A stretch of DNA of 64,000 bases from an uncultured Alphaproteobacteria bacterium. Lineage in GTDB: Bacteria; Pseudomonadota; Alphaproteobacteria; Sphingomonadales; Sphingomonadaceae. Every line of letters starts with the position of its first letter. Position 1 is the first letter of the stretch. The position numbers were made by a program, and so were the translations under genes. The notes beneath the pieces were generated by a model. It made no database searches. It was not told where the DNA came from and was given only the letters and a program-made list of their open reading frames with translations. Positions 1-11,270 of this stretch are shown in pieces. The DNA lies in assembly GCA_963785855.1 (NCBI GenBank), contig CAWAWT010000011.1, positions 7,946 to 71,945 of the forward strand, written 5' to 3'.

Positions 1-877
1 GTCAGCTCGCTGCTCGCGGCCCGCTACGCGAGCAAGCACCGCAAGCCCTGGATCCTCGTCCAGCACATCGGCATCATTCCCTATACAAATTTCGTTCTGA
101 GATTAGCGATGGCAGCAGCAAACCGCTTGATTGCACGGCCGTTGCTCGCGGCTGCGCCTCAAGCCGTGTTCATCAGTGATGCAGTCCGAAGGACGTTCGC
201 TGGACCGCGCTGGAAGAGTGCGCCGTCGCTCCTTCTCAACGGCGTCGACCACCAGCTCTTCCGGTTTCCGGCGGCCGCGGACCGGCGCCGTGCGCGTCAG
301 CGCTACTTGATGTCCGACGACCGGCGTGAACTCTTGTTTGTTGGCCGCTTCGTCGAAAAAAAAGGGCTCTCGACTTTGCGCGAGCTCGCCAGTGCCAATC
401 CGGATTGGCGCATTTCGCTCGTCGGCAGCGGTCCCATAGACCCAGGCACTTGGAATCTGACGAATGTTCGACTGTTAGGTCGAATGACGCGCGAGCAGCT
501 AGCGGAGCTTTATCGCGCAGCCGACGCGCTTGTGCTGCCGTCGGTCGGTGAAGGATTTCCGCTCGTGGTTCAGGAAGCGATGGCTTGCGGATTGCCGGTC
601 TTCTGCGGGTCTAGACAGCGCCGCTGCGGACCCCGGTGCTGAAGGCATGCTTCAGGCGCTCGAAGTCGAGCCGACCGATCCCATTGACACGGCGCGCCGT
701 TTCGCAGCGGCGATCGGGGCATCCAATGTTGGTCCCGACGAGGGTCTGAGCGCTTACGCTCGAAAGACTTATGATTCCGACAGAAATGCGCGCTGGCTGG
801 TCGAGCGGTTCGAGCAGCTGCGGTTCCTGGAAGAGAATCCGGGACGACAAGCTAGGGTTGCGCTCGCCCAGGGCTAG
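1..877 (+). CDS. Glycosyltransferase family 4 (GT-B); 5' end outside window, frameshift near 610
   Basis: Frame open from base 1; motifs LFVGRFVEKKG and LYRAADALVLPSVGEGFPLVVQEAMACGLPV; C-terminus continues in ORF 530..877. Confidence 0.85.
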
Positions 878-2533
878 AGCTGCCCTGCTCGCCCGTGCAG
901 TTCTTCGCAACCGCACCCAATTCGCTGAAATGCTTCGAATCCAATGCATCGAATGGCACCAGACCGAGCGGCCGCATCTGATTGGCGCCAACGAATGCGA
1001 TAGTCCCACGTGCGCAAATGATGTGGATGTCGGCGGCCGTAAGAGTCGCCGATGCGAGCCGGATCGGGCGGTTGGCGAGATCTGGCCGGTTTCGGACCTC
1101 GTCCGCCACAAACCCGGTCCCTTCCGTGTTGACGACGACCATGTCCGCGTTGGTGTGCTCGATTACTCGATTGAGCCTTGCATATGGGTCAACGAACGCG
1201 TGCGCTTGCCAAAACAAGAAGGGGACGCTGCCGCAAACGGTTGCGATCGTGCCCATGCGGACGAAACCGCGCACCGCCGCTCGGTCCGAGAAATCGCGCC
1301 AGCCATAAGCGGCTAGCAAGGCGCAATTACCAATCAGGCCGTGCAGGTAGCGATAGCCCCACCCGTGGCCCTGATAGGGGAGCAGGAATGCCATTGCGAC
1401 CGTCGTCAGGAGAATGCCGTAGACTAGAGGTCGAGCAATGCCTTCGTTTCGGCGGACGGCGAGGGTTCCAAGGGCCATCATTGGAACGAGCGCAAGATTT
1501 TGCCAGGTTACGAAGCGCAAGATGTTAGCCGCAATGAGCTGCAGGGTGTCGGGATTGCGATGAATTAGAAGGGGAAGCACGCGCGAAGCGACAAAGCCAG
1601 AAGCACCCGATTCAGGACCGGCCGCGGCCTTAAGGCCAGCGGATGCGGATACCAGATGAGGATAGGAGACCCAGAACAGCAAGAAGACTCGTACATCCCC
1701 AAATAGGCTGCAGCTGTCCGCCATTCGCCGCGCCGCCGCAGATGGTCAATGAACGGTGCCGCGAAGAGCGGATGGAAAACGACCTGATGGAGGCCGATCG
1801 CGAGGAAACCGATTCCGATCGCCATCGCGTGGCTCGCTCGAGTTCCGCGCAGGTAAAGTGCTAGCCAGACAAGATTGAGCGCGAGATGGCCGGTCATCGC
1901 GTAGGGCGTCATCGCGCTGATCAGAACCTGCGCAGACGTTCCATAGAGCAATAGGGCAACCAGCTGCGCGCTTCGACTGCCCGGGAAAAGGCGCTGTGCG
2001 ATGTCGAACAATGCGACAGCGCCAAGCGCTGCAAGGAGCGGGTTCAGCAACGCTGGATCGAAGACCATCCCGAACGCAGCATGAAGCATTGCGTTGACCG
2101 GCATATAGGATGAGACCCAGGCTGCGCTGCCCGGCAACGGGAGCAAGAAAGCAGGCGTCAGCGCCTGCGCATAGGGCCTCCAGCCGATCGCCAGGGGATA
2201 AGCGAGATGGCCCGAACGGAAAACGGCCATGTCGAACACGACCATATGCTCGTCGCGGGTCAGGGGATAGTTTTCAAGCAATAGATAGGCGCCGCCCCAC
2301 ACGAGGAATGCAACCCCTATCGAGATCGCAGCGACCCGCCATCGGTTCAGCCAGGGATCGGGTTCGGCCCAGGGCTCATCTATGCGATTTGAAAAAGCCC
2401 CAGCGATCAGGAGCGCAATCGATGCAACGATCACCAAGCTGTCCTGCCGCTCGAAGAAGAACCGCGGAAGGCCCGGAGGAGCAGTCAATGCAACGAAGAG
2501 CGCCAATAGCGCGAGCGCCAAGGCAAGCCGCAA
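852..2533 (-). CDS. Polytopic membrane protein, probable GT-C fold glycosyltransferase; frameshift near 1690
   Basis: Two consecutive hydrophobic ORFs (1565..2533, 852..1724); TRDEHM acidic motif after the first helices; late GWGYRYL motif. Confidence 0.65.
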
Positions 2534-2618
2534 CGCTAGCTGGCGAAATTCGAACCTTGGTCTTGAAGCGCTCGAACGAATGGCCCGTCCCCTCTTCGCA
2601 ATCGGTCTTGAAGGAAAA

Positions 2619-2636
2619 TGGTTAATCCGTCCTCAA
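2619..2636. promoter_or_regulatory. Putative CtrA box upstream of cpaF
   Basis: TGGTTAA-TCCGTCC-TCAA, i.e. TTAA-N7-TTAA with one mismatch plus a TTAACCAT half-site on the minus strand; pilus genes are typical CtrA targets. Confidence 0.5.
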
Positions 2637-2717
2637 CTGGGTCAGTTGCCGGGGTTAGCTTTTTCTAAAAGTTTCTCGCTTATTCACCCTGACTGAATTT
2701 CAGCAGCGAACGCAGGT

Positions 2718-4262
2718 TTGGGCATGAGCGCATTTGGAAAGCGGGGCGGAATCGGGGGTGCACGCCCGAGCTTCGGCACTGCCAAGCCGATGAAGGGCGG
2801 TCCAGGCGGATCTGCTTTTCCAGCCTCGCTTGATGAAGGCGGGGAGCAATTTCCGCCAATCGAAGAATTCACGCCGCCAATGGATTTGTCGCAAGACGAT
2901 CTTGGCGCCAATGTCGGCGCTCCTCCAAACGGGGCCATGGACCGTCTCACCGCGCGCCAGAACGGCGCCGGCGATCAGGCAAGCAGCCGAGCCGAGGGCT
3001 TCGAGGCATCGGTCCACCGCATCAAGGAGCAGGTGCTCCCGCGCCTTCTCGAGCGCGTCGATCCCGAAGCTGCTGCGACGCTCAGCAAGGACGAGCTGGC
3101 CGAAGAATTTCGACCGATCATCTCTGAAGTTCTCGCCGAACTGAAGATCACTTTGAATCGCCGCGAGCAGTTTGCGCTCGAGAAAGTGCTGGTCGACGAG
3201 CTATTGGGTCTCGGCCCGCTCGAGGAGCTCCTCGCCGACCCCGCGATCAGCGATATCATGGTGAATGGTCCCGATCAGACCTACATCGAGCGCAAGGGCA
3301 AGCTTGAGATCGCCCAAATCCAGTTTCGCGACGAGGAACATCTGTTCCAGATCGCACAGCGGATCGTCAACAAGGTCGGCCGCCGAATCGATCAAACCAG
3401 CCCGCTCTGCGACGCGCGCCTCCAGGACGGCAGCCGCGTCAACGTCATCATTCCGCCGCTGTCGCTTCGCGGCACGGCCATCTCGATCCGTAAATTCTCC
3501 GAGAAGCCGATCACGCTCGACATGATGAAGGGCTTCGGCTCGATGTCCGAGAAGATGGCGACCATCCTGAAGATCGCCGGCGCGTCGCGCATGAACATCA
3601 TCATCTCGGGCGGCACGGGCTCGGGTAAGACGACGATGCTCAACGCCTTGTCGAAGATGATCGACCCCGGCGAGCGCGTGATCACAATCGAGGATGCGGC
3701 CGAGCTTCGGCTTCAGCAGCCGCACTGGCTACCGCTGGAAACTCGTCCTCCTAACCTCGAGGGCCAAGGTGCGATCACCATCCGTGATCTCGTCATCAAC
3801 GCTCTACGTATGCGTCCCGACCGAATCATTCTCGGTGAGATTCGCGGCCAGGAGTGCTTCGATCTCCTGGCGGCGATGAATACCGGTCACGACGGCTCGA
3901 TGGCGACTCTCCACTCCAACTCCCCGCGCGAATGTCTCGCTCGTATGGAGAACATGGTGATGATGTCGGACATCAAGATTCCGAAGGAGGCGATCAGCCG
4001 CCAGATTGCGGATTCAGTGGATCTCATCGTGCAGGTGAAGCGGCTTCGTGACGGCTCGCGTCGCACCACCAACATCACCGAGGTCATCGGCATGGAAGGC
4101 GACGTGATCGTCACCCAGGAGCTATTCAAGTTCGAATATCTGGACGAGACTGCAGACGGCAAGATCCTGGGCGAATATCGCTCGATGGGCCTTCGTCCAT
4201 ATACGCTCGACAAGGCGAAGCAGTACGGCTTCGACCAGCCCTACCTCGAGGCCTGCCTCTAA
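2718..4262 (+). CDS. cpaF: Tad/Flp pilus assembly ATPase CpaF/TadA
   Basis: Walker [48 protein letters not shown]. Confidence 0.95.
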   Translation: MGMSAFGKRGGIGGARPSFGTAKPMKGGPGGSAFPASLDEGGEQFPPIEEFTPPMDLSQDDLGANVGAPPNGAMDRLTARQNGAGDQASSRAEGFEASVHRIKEQVLPRLLERVDPEAAATLSKDELAEEFRPIISEVLAELKITLNRREQFALEKVLVDELLGLGPLEELLADPAISDIMVNGPDQTYIERKGKLEIAQIQFRDEEHLFQIAQRIVNKVGRRIDQTSPLCDARLQDGSRVNVIIPPLSLRGTAISIRKFSEKPITLDMMKGFGSMSEKMATILKIAGASRMNIIISGGTGSGKTTMLNALSKMIDPGERVITIEDAAELRLQQPHWLPLETRPPNLEGQGAITIRDLVINALRMRPDRIILGEIRGQECFDLLAAMNTGHDGSMATLHSNSPRECLARMENMVMMSDIKIPKEAISRQIADSVDLIVQVKRLRDGSRRTTNITEVIGMEGDVIVTQELFKFEYLDETADGKILGEYRSMGLRPYTLDKAKQYGFDQPYLEACL

Positions 4263-4265
4263 TCC

Positions 4266-4751
4266 TTAGAAGCTATGGGTTTGGGTCAGCATCAACGGCT
4301 CATATCCGATCACCGTCGGGTCTTCGGCTTCCTCCCATAAGCGCCGGAGGCTCTTCGGCAGAGCGTCGCGAACCTTGTTGATCTGGCCTTCGGAAATGTG
4401 CCGCGAGAGCAATCGGAAGACCGAACGGACGGCTTCCCCCGGATCAACCGGCCGCGTGTCGCTCAGCCATTCCGCGACCTCGCCGACGAAATCCTCGCGG
4501 CTTCGCAGCTCGCTCGGCATGTGGCCCGGTTCGAACTGGTCGTAATAAACTCCGCGGATCAGGAGCGGCAGCTGGGCTCCGAGATGCGCCGCAAGATTGA
4601 CCGTCAGCCGGTCCCTCAGCTTGTGCAATACGGTCGACAAGACTTTCCAGGCGACCTGCTTGTCCGGGCCGAGGTCGTTGCAGATCTCGTTCAGCCAGAT
4701 GTGCGTGGTTTCCAAGGTTCGATCAAAAACGTCGAGTCCGCTCGCGCTCAT
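4266..4751 (-). CDS. DUF2267 family protein
   Basis: MSASGLDVFDRTLETTHIWLNEI...LRDRL...AAHLGAQLPLLIRGVYY; AGGAG RBS before ATG 4751. Confidence 0.85.
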   Translation of the reverse strand: MSASGLDVFDRTLETTHIWLNEICNDLGPDKQVAWKVLSTVLHKLRDRLTVNLAAHLGAQLPLLIRGVYYDQFEPGHMPSELRSREDFVGEVAEWLSDTRPVDPGEAVRSVFRLLSRHISEGQINKVRDALPKSLRRLWEEAEDPTVIGYEPLMLTQTHSF

Positions 4752-4790
4752 GGTCCGGCTCCTGATGGAATCGCGGTGGTCCTCAACGCG

Positions 4791-4815
4791 AACGACTGGA
4801 ACAGCCGTGCGTTCC
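4791..4815 (-). promoter_or_regulatory. EcfG (sigmaT) general-stress promoter
   Basis: Minus strand GGAAC-N16-CGTT, exact consensus, ~40 nt upstream of the DUF2267 ATG. Confidence 0.7.
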
Positions 4816-4861
4816 CCCTTTTCGAGGATCCTCTGGACCACGTGCGCTAGGGACGGCGACG

Positions 4862-6133
4862 GTGCTTGGTGTAGGAGCCGCCGATATGCCGATTTTCGAC
4901 AGCGCCGAACGGCTAATCTATCGCGTTGCCGGATTGCCGGTCGCGCTCGCAGTGTTGCTCGGCGCCTACGGATCGTCGGGCGCCGATCCCCTCCGTCACG
5001 CCTTTGCCGAACGATATTGGCATCCCGATAATGCTGCCGAATTGGCCGAGCTCGCGACCGGAATCGCCATCTCGCCGTTCGCTTTCCTGCTGGCCTCAGC
5101 CTGGTTCACTGCGCGCAACGGCTCAATTACCCGCGCACGCTATGGCCGCAGCATAGCGATGCAGCTTGCCGATCAGTTGAGCTTATATTTCTCCGCCGGC
5201 ATCCTCCCGCCCTGGTACTATATCTTCTCGCTCCACGATGATGGCAAAAGACGCGCCTCCAGCTTCATCGAGCAATTCGAAACCAAGACCTGCTATTTCC
5301 GACTGCTGAAGCAGAGGGGCGGAACGCCGCTCCAGGACAAGGCCCGTTTCGCCGACTTCTGCGCGAAGCACGGCATCCGCACCATCGAGACGCTGATGCA
5401 GTTGAACGGCAGCGATCCCGGCCAGAGCCTGCCCGATCGCGACCTCTTCGTGAAACCAACGCGCGGTAGAGGTGGACGCGGCGCACAGCGCTGGGACTTC
5501 AACGCGCCATCGACCTTCGAGAGTCCGGCGGGCGAGCAGCTGGGGAGCGCCGATTTGCTGACGCGGTTGGTTGAGCAATCCGAGAAGCTGCCCCTGATCA
5601 TCCAGCCGCGAATGCGCCCGCATCCTGATCTCCTTGCGCTCACTGCAGGCGCACTTCCGACGGTCCGGGTCCTCACCTGCCTCAACACCAAGAACGAGCC
5701 CGAAGTCATGGCCGCGATGATGCGCACCTCATTCGGTGACAACCGGACCGTCGACAATCTTCATGCTGGAGGTCTGGGCGCGCTGGTTGACCTGGAAACG
5801 GGAACTTTGGGAAAGGCAAGCAACCTTGGAATGGATTCGAGGCTCGGCTGGATTTCCGCGCATCCCGACACCGGCGCGCAAATCGAAGGAACACCGATCC
5901 CCTGCTGGGAAGAGACAAAGGTGCGCGCGATTGCTGCCCACCAAGCCTTTAGCGACCGCGTCGTTGTCGGCTGGGATATCGCGATCGCCGAGGACGGCCC
6001 TATCTTCATCGAAGGCAACGGCAACCCCGACCTCGACATCCTGCAACGCTTCATGCGCGTCGGTTTTCGCGAACACCGTTTAGCAGGGCTGCTCGCCCAT
6101 CATTTGAAAAGGCGCGGCTTGGCGATTGAATGA
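4862..6133 (+). CDS. Sugar-transfer-associated ATP-grasp domain protein
   Basis: DKARF...LFVKPTRGRGGRG, PTVRVLT, DNLHAGG, VGWDIAI...IEGNGNP; N-terminal hydrophobic segments. Confidence 0.8.
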   Translation: MLGVGAADMPIFDSAERLIYRVAGLPVALAVLLGAYGSSGADPLRHAFAERYWHPDNAAELAELATGIAISPFAFLLASAWFTARNGSITRARYGRSIAMQLADQLSLYFSAGILPPWYYIFSLHDDGKRRASSFIEQFETKTCYFRLLKQRGGTPLQDKARFADFCAKHGIRTIETLMQLNGSDPGQSLPDRDLFVKPTRGRGGRGAQRWDFNAPSTFESPAGEQLGSADLLTRLVEQSEKLPLIIQPRMRPHPDLLALTAGALPTVRVLTCLNTKNEPEVMAAMMRTSFGDNRTVDNLHAGGLGALVDLETGTLGKASNLGMDSRLGWISAHPDTGAQIEGTPIPCWEETKVRAIAAHQAFSDRVVVGWDIAIAEDGPIFIEGNGNPDLDILQRFMRVGFREHRLAGLLAHHLKRRGLAIE

Positions 6134-6336
6134 AGAAGAAAATGTCGAAGCGGCAACTAGCGGCGGGGCTGCCTGACCGTGACGACAGATTTGGGCAATT
6201 TTCGACTGCCTTCCCGCGAAAATTCCCGCCGCTGCTTGACCCGTGGCCAACGTTGGTCAGGGTTATTTCTGCCGCTTCCGTTCGAAAGCATCGATGAGAT
6301 GAGCCTGAAAACGAAATTATCGCAGATCGGTCAGCG

Positions 6337-6837
6337 TTGACCAAACTTAGGTCCGCAAGCATCGCCGAGGCCGAGGCGATCGCGGCTATCTATGCGCATC
6401 ACGTTCTCAACGGGACGGCGAGCTTCGACGATGAGCCACCCAATGCAGGCTTTTGGCGACAGAAGATTGCGGCGGTTCAAGGGAAGGACTGGCCATTTCT
6501 CGTTGCCATGTTGAATGATCGGCCGGTTGGCTATGCTTATGTCACTCAGTTCCGCGACCGGGCCGCATACGCTTTCACCTGCGAGAACAGTATTTACGTA
6601 CACCCGGAGCATCTCGGTCAAGGCATTGGCAGACGCCTCCTGACGGCATTGATCTCAGCCGCTCGCACCGCCGGCTTTCAACAAATGATCGCCGTCATCG
6701 GCGGGGCAGAACCGGCTTCGGTAGCCTTGCATCGCGCCTGCGGCTTCGTTGAAGCGGGCAGACTGAAGTCGGTTGGCTTCAAGTTCGGCCGGTGGTTGAA
6801 TTCGCTATACATGCAGCGCAGCCTCGCCGAGGAATAA
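6337..6837 (+). CDS. GNAT acetyltransferase, phosphinothricin/methionine-sulfoximine (YncA/MddA) type
   Basis: IYAHHVLNGTASFD, ENSIYVHPEHLGQGIG, SVALHRACGF, VGFKFGRW. Confidence 0.9.
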   Translation: MTKLRSASIAEAEAIAAIYAHHVLNGTASFDDEPPNAGFWRQKIAAVQGKDWPFLVAMLNDRPVGYAYVTQFRDRAAYAFTCENSIYVHPEHLGQGIGRRLLTALISAARTAGFQQMIAVIGGAEPASVALHRACGFVEAGRLKSVGFKFGRWLNSLYMQRSLAEE

Positions 6838-7069
6838 CGCCGCGCTTTGCGGCCGGAGGGCCTAGCTCCTTCTCTTCGCCGCATCGTCTGCGAACTCGCA
6901 GTCCATTTGCCGTGCCTGAATTTGACGAGAGCCTGCTTGGTGGATGTGCGGTGAGAACAAGGCTCAACCTTCGTCACTGATCGGAGGGGTGCAGCGGACG
7001 AAAGGATGACTGCACAGCGGAACCCGCCACCCATGAAATCCTTTATGCGGCTGCTTCTGGCGACAAGGA

Positions 7070-10066
7070 ATGAACCAACAGCGAGAAGCTGCTACTCGGA
7101 TCGATATCAGGTTGGAAACATGTCCCAACGGAGGTTTCGCTGACATACAAAAGGCCGGTATGAACCTCTTCGACCATCACCGCGGTATCATGCCGTCGCT
7201 TATGAGGAATTTCGATTGGGATGCGTCACCGATCGGCGCTCCGCAGGCGTGGCCCCAATCACTCGTGACGATCGTCGACCTGATGCTCGCCTCTCGCCAG
7301 CCCATGTTCCTGGCATGGGGACACGAACAAACTTGGCTCTACAACGATGCCTTCATCCCCATCCTTGGGCAGAAGCATCCCCAGGCGCTTGGCTCGCACG
7401 CCATGGAGGTGTGGAGCGAGGCACGTGCGGTGCTGGAACCAATGTTCAAACGCGTGTTCAATGGCGAGTCCGTCCAAATGGACGACTTCGCGCTCCTACT
7501 GGATCGGAACGGCAAGCTCGAAGAGGCGCATTTTAGTTTCTCCTACACTCCTATCCGTGACGACAAAGGGACGATCCGCGGGCTATTTGGCGCTTGCATT
7601 GAAACAACGGTGAAGGTGCTTGCGGAGCGCCAGGCGCTCGCCGAGCGCGAACGTTTCGCCAATTTATTCGATCAGGCACCGACATTCATGGCGCTCCTGA
7701 CCGGGCCTGAGCATCGGTTCGAGTTTGCCAATCCGGGTTACCTGAAACTTGTCGGGAACCGTGAGATCCTCGGACGCACCGTTGCCGAGGCGTTGCCTGA
7801 CGCTGCCGCGCAGGGGTACGTCGAACTGCTCGATACGGTGCTCGCGACCGGCGTTCCATATCGAGCAGAAGCGGCCCCCTTCCTTAGCCAGACCGACATC
7901 GACGAGCCCATCACAGAACGCTTCGTAGATTTCGTGTATCAGCCAATACTCGGGGTCGGCGGAACGCCCGAGGGCATTTTCGTCCAAGGGGCCGATGTCA
8001 CTGAACGGGCGATCGCCGAACGGACGGTTCGCGAGCAGTCTAACTGGCGACAGGCCGTCGACGAGCTGAATGTCAGGTTCAACGAGATCGTCGAGCCGGA
8101 AGACATAGCGTTTGCCGCGGCCGAAATGCTGGGAAAAACGCTTGAGGTTAGCCGCGCCGGCTACGGAACCGTCGATCCGGCGAACGAAACGATCGTGATC
8201 GAAAGGGACTGGAACGCTCCGGGAATTCAAACCCTCGCGGGCGAACTCCATTTCCGCGACTACGGATCGTATATCGAAGATCTCAAGCGCGGCGAGACCG
8301 CGATCGTAGAAGATGCAGACCTGGACCCGCGGACACGTGACGGGGCCGATGCCTTGAAGGCGATTAGCGCTCAATCGTTCGTAAACATGCCCGTCACTGA
8401 ACAGGACGGCCTGGTTGCGCTCCTCTATCTCAACCACAACGAGGCGAGAGTTTGGCGCCCCGAAGAGCTTGCCTTCATTCGCGAGGTTGCGGCGCGAACG
8501 CGCATGGCAGTCGAACGACGCCGGGCAGAAAGCGAGCTGATCGCACTGACAGCGACGCTGGAAGCTCGCGTCGAGGAGCGTACCGCGGAGCGAGACCGTG
8601 TTTGGCGCAATTCAAGAGACTTGCTTACCGTCGTTGGATCGGACGGCATCTTCCGGCGCGTGAATCCTGCCTGGGAGACAGTGCTGGGATATCCACCATC
8701 CGTGCTTGAGGGAAAGAGCTTTCTCGAGTTCATCTGGCCCGAGGACGCACTAAAGACTCAGGTCGGGCTGGACCGTGCGGCATCCACCGAAGACCTTACG
8801 GCATTCGAAAACCGCTACCGACATGCAGACGGGACACCGCGCTGGATATCCTGGCACACCGCTGTCGAAGGCGATCACGTCTACGCCTACGGAAGGGATA
8901 TTACGCACCAGAAGGATCAGGCCGCGGCGCTGGAACAGGCACAAGAGGCCCTCCGTCAAAGCCAGAAGTTGGAGGCGATGGGGCAACTAACGGGTGGCGT
9001 CGCCCATGACTTCAACAACCTCTTGACGCCAATCATGGGTAGCCTCGACATGCTCCAGCGGCGACGCGTCGGTGGCGAGCGCGAGCAGCGGCTGATCGAT
9101 GGGGCGCTTCAGTCGGCCGAGCGCGCGAAGACCTTGGTACAGCGTCTTCTGGCTTTCTCCCGGCGGCAGCCACTCAAGCCGGAGGCCGTCGACGTGGGCG
9201 GTCTGGTTCAAGGAATATCGGAGTTGATCGGCAGCACGACGGGCCCGCAAATTCGCGTGGTCGTGGAAGTCGCGGACGAACTTCCGTTCGCTGTCGCCGA
9301 TCCGAACCAGCTCGAAATGGCAATCCTGAACCTGAGCGTGAACGCGCGCGACGCAATGCCCGACGGCGGAACACTGCGGATCGCGGCGGAAAAAGGGGCA
9401 GCGACGAGCATCAAGGATCCCGATCTTGTGCCCGGCGATTACATCCGGATTTCGGTTGCCGATACCGGGATTGGAATGGACAAGGACACTCTTGCTCACG
9501 CGATCGAGCCGTTCTTCTCCACCAAGGGCATCGGTAAAGGGACGGGCCTTGGCCTCTCCATGGTGCATGGATTGGCGGCCCAGCTTCGCGGCGGTCTGCG
9601 CATTTCAAGTCACGTAGGGGTCGGAACCAACGTCGAGCTTTGGCTGCCTGCGACGACAGCGACGCCCTCGTCAGCGGATGTCGACGCAAGCGTGCCCGAT
9701 AGCCGCGAGGGTGGATCGGTGTTGCTGGTTGACGACGAAAGCGTAGCACGCCGAACGACGGCGGACATGCTAACCGACCTCGGCTTTGCCGTGACGGAAG
9801 CCCAATCTGGCGAAGAAGCGCTCAGGATACTTCGTCGGGGGGAGGTTCCGGACCTCCTAATCTCCGATCATTTGATGCCAGGCATCTCGGGAGAGGACCT
9901 TGTTCGTGAAGCGCAGTTACTCGGCCCCCAAATGCGGGTCTTGATTGTGTCCGGGTTCGCCGGGCTCGATGAAATCTCACCCGATATTCCCAGGCTGAAC
10001 AAGCCATTCCGACAGTCCGAGCTCGCAAAGGAGATTGCGAAGCTGCTGCCGGAAACTGGGCGATGA
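7070..10066 (+). CDS. Cytoplasmic hybrid histidine kinase (PAS-PAS-GAF-PAS-HisKA-HATPase-REC); start may be 7160
   Basis: H-box GGVAHDFNNLL, N-box NLSVNARDAM, DTGIGM, FFSTKGIGKGTGLGL; receiver LLVDD...LISDHLMPG. Confidence 0.93.
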   Translation: MNQQREAATRIDIRLETCPNGGFADIQKAGMNLFDHHRGIMPSLMRNFDWDASPIGAPQAWPQSLVTIVDLMLASRQPMFLAWGHEQTWLYNDAFIPILGQKHPQALGSHAMEVWSEARAVLEPMFKRVFNGESVQMDDFALLLDRNGKLEEAHFSFSYTPIRDDKGTIRGLFGACIETTVKVLAERQALAERERFANLFDQAPTFMALLTGPEHRFEFANPGYLKLVGNREILGRTVAEALPDAAAQGYVELLDTVLATGVPYRAEAAPFLSQTDIDEPITERFVDFVYQPILGVGGTPEGIFVQGADVTERAIAERTVREQSNWRQAVDELNVRFNEIVEPEDIAFAAAEMLGKTLEVSRAGYGTVDPANETIVIERDWNAPGIQTLAGELHFRDYGSYIEDLKRGETAIVEDADLDPRTRDGADALKAISAQSFVNMPVTEQDGLVALLYLNHNEARVWRPEELAFIREVAARTRMAVERRRAESELIALTATLEARVEERTAERDRVWRNSRDLLTVVGSDGIFRRVNPAWETVLGYPPSVLEGKSFLEFIWPEDALKTQVGLDRAASTEDLTAFENRYRHADGTPRWISWHTAVEGDHVYAYGRDITHQKDQAAALEQAQEALRQSQKLEAMGQLTGGVAHDFNNLLTPIMGSLDMLQRRRVGGEREQRLIDGALQSAERAKTLVQRLLAFSRRQPLKPEAVDVGGLVQGISELIGSTTGPQIRVVVEVADELPFAVADPNQLEMAILNLSVNARDAMPDGGTLRIAAEKGAATSIKDPDLVPGDYIRISVADTGIGMDKDTLAHAIEPFFSTKGIGKGTGLGLSMVHGLAAQLRGGLRISSHVGVGTNVELWLPATTATPSSADVDASVPDSREGGSVLLVDDESVARRTTADMLTDLGFAVTEAQSGEEALRILRRGEVPDLLISDHLMPGISGEDLVREAQLLGPQMRVLIVSGFAGLDEISPDIPRLNKPFRQSELAKEIAKLLPETGR

Positions 10067-10119
10067 AACCCCCGTTGTTACGCGAGACTGGGCACGCGAA
10101 CCGACAGCAATCGGGCGCA

Positions 10120-10969
10120 TTACATGTTGGTCTGGTCGGCGCGGCACATCGCTTGGAAGATCAGCTGCCCCTTCAGCATGGTTTGGAAGGGCAAGTTCCG
10201 GACCCACGTTATAGCTCGTCATGGAAAGCGACCCGAGCGAATAGCCTTCGATGAAAGCCTGCGAGCGTCCTTCCGCGGCTGCCATGCCGGCGGTGTAAAG
10301 TAGCGGGAGGTAGTGGTCAGGCGTCGGCACGGCTTTGGCGAAGTCTGGATGTTCGCTGAGCTTTAGAATTTCAGAAGGATCGTCGGCCATTTGAGCTCTG
10401 ACGCCCTCGTCAAACCGCTGCGCCCAATCCGCCCCTCTGGTCGGCTGGTCCCATTGGACAAGCCTCAGGTTGTGGACGACGTTGCCGCTGGACAGGATGA
10501 GCACGCCGCGATCGCGCAACGAGGAAAGTCGGACACCAAGGTCAAAGTGGTAGGCGAAGGGCTTCGTTGCGTTGATCGATAGCTGAACGACTGGAACGTC
10601 GGCTTTTGGATAGAGATGCGCGAGCACGCTCCACGTCCCATGATCGAGACCCCATTCGTCCTGGTCCATCCCGACCCACTCCGGTTGGACTGCTTCCACG
10701 ACTTCGTGGGCTACGTCAGGCGCCCCCGGCGCGGGATACTGGAAATCCAACAAGGTCTGAGGAAAGCCGAAGAAATCGTGGATCGTGCGCGGCTTGGCCA
10801 TCGCGGTAACCGCCGTGGCACCGATATACCAATGTGCCGAGACGACCAGGATGGCTCGCGGGGGAGGCAATATTTCGCCCAACGCGCGCCAGGAACGGGT
10901 GAAGCCGTTGAGCTCCAGTGTATTCATCGGGCTGCCGTGACCGATGAACAGTGCAGGCATTCGGCTCAT
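10120..10969 (-). CDS. ygiD: 4,5-DOPA extradiol dioxygenase (YgiD/LigB family); small frameshift near the 3' end
   Basis: MPALFIGHGSPMN, VVSAHW, TIHDFFGFP, WGLDHGTW, SGNVVHNL, PTPDHYLPL. Confidence 0.9.
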
Positions 10970-11104
10970 CGCAACCTCCTGCTGCGGCAACAGCTCGCAG
11001 GTTGGGTACGTTCCGGAAAATGGGCGCGTCGCCGGCTGCCGGGGTCTTTGAGGCTCTTAGGCGTTGGACGAAGAAGGCGGTGCAAGGCCGCCCCGTTCAA
11101 TCGC

Positions 11105-11270
11105 TCAGGCCGCCTGCTTCCACTGCGGCCGCAGTTCGTTGTGCTCGGGGCACGGTGCCACCGCACCTTGAGGCAGCCCGGCGAGTTCGTTGGCGAAGCC
11201 GTGATTCACGTCGCGGTGATGGGCTTCATCCGCCCGCACAACGAGAACCACTTCACGCAGCGTCGCTGCG
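11105..11270 (-). pseudogene. aox: 3' remnant of alternative oxidase (AOX)
   Basis: [28 protein letters not shown] is the AOX C-terminal di-iron motif; the rest of the gene is absent upstream. Confidence 0.85.
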
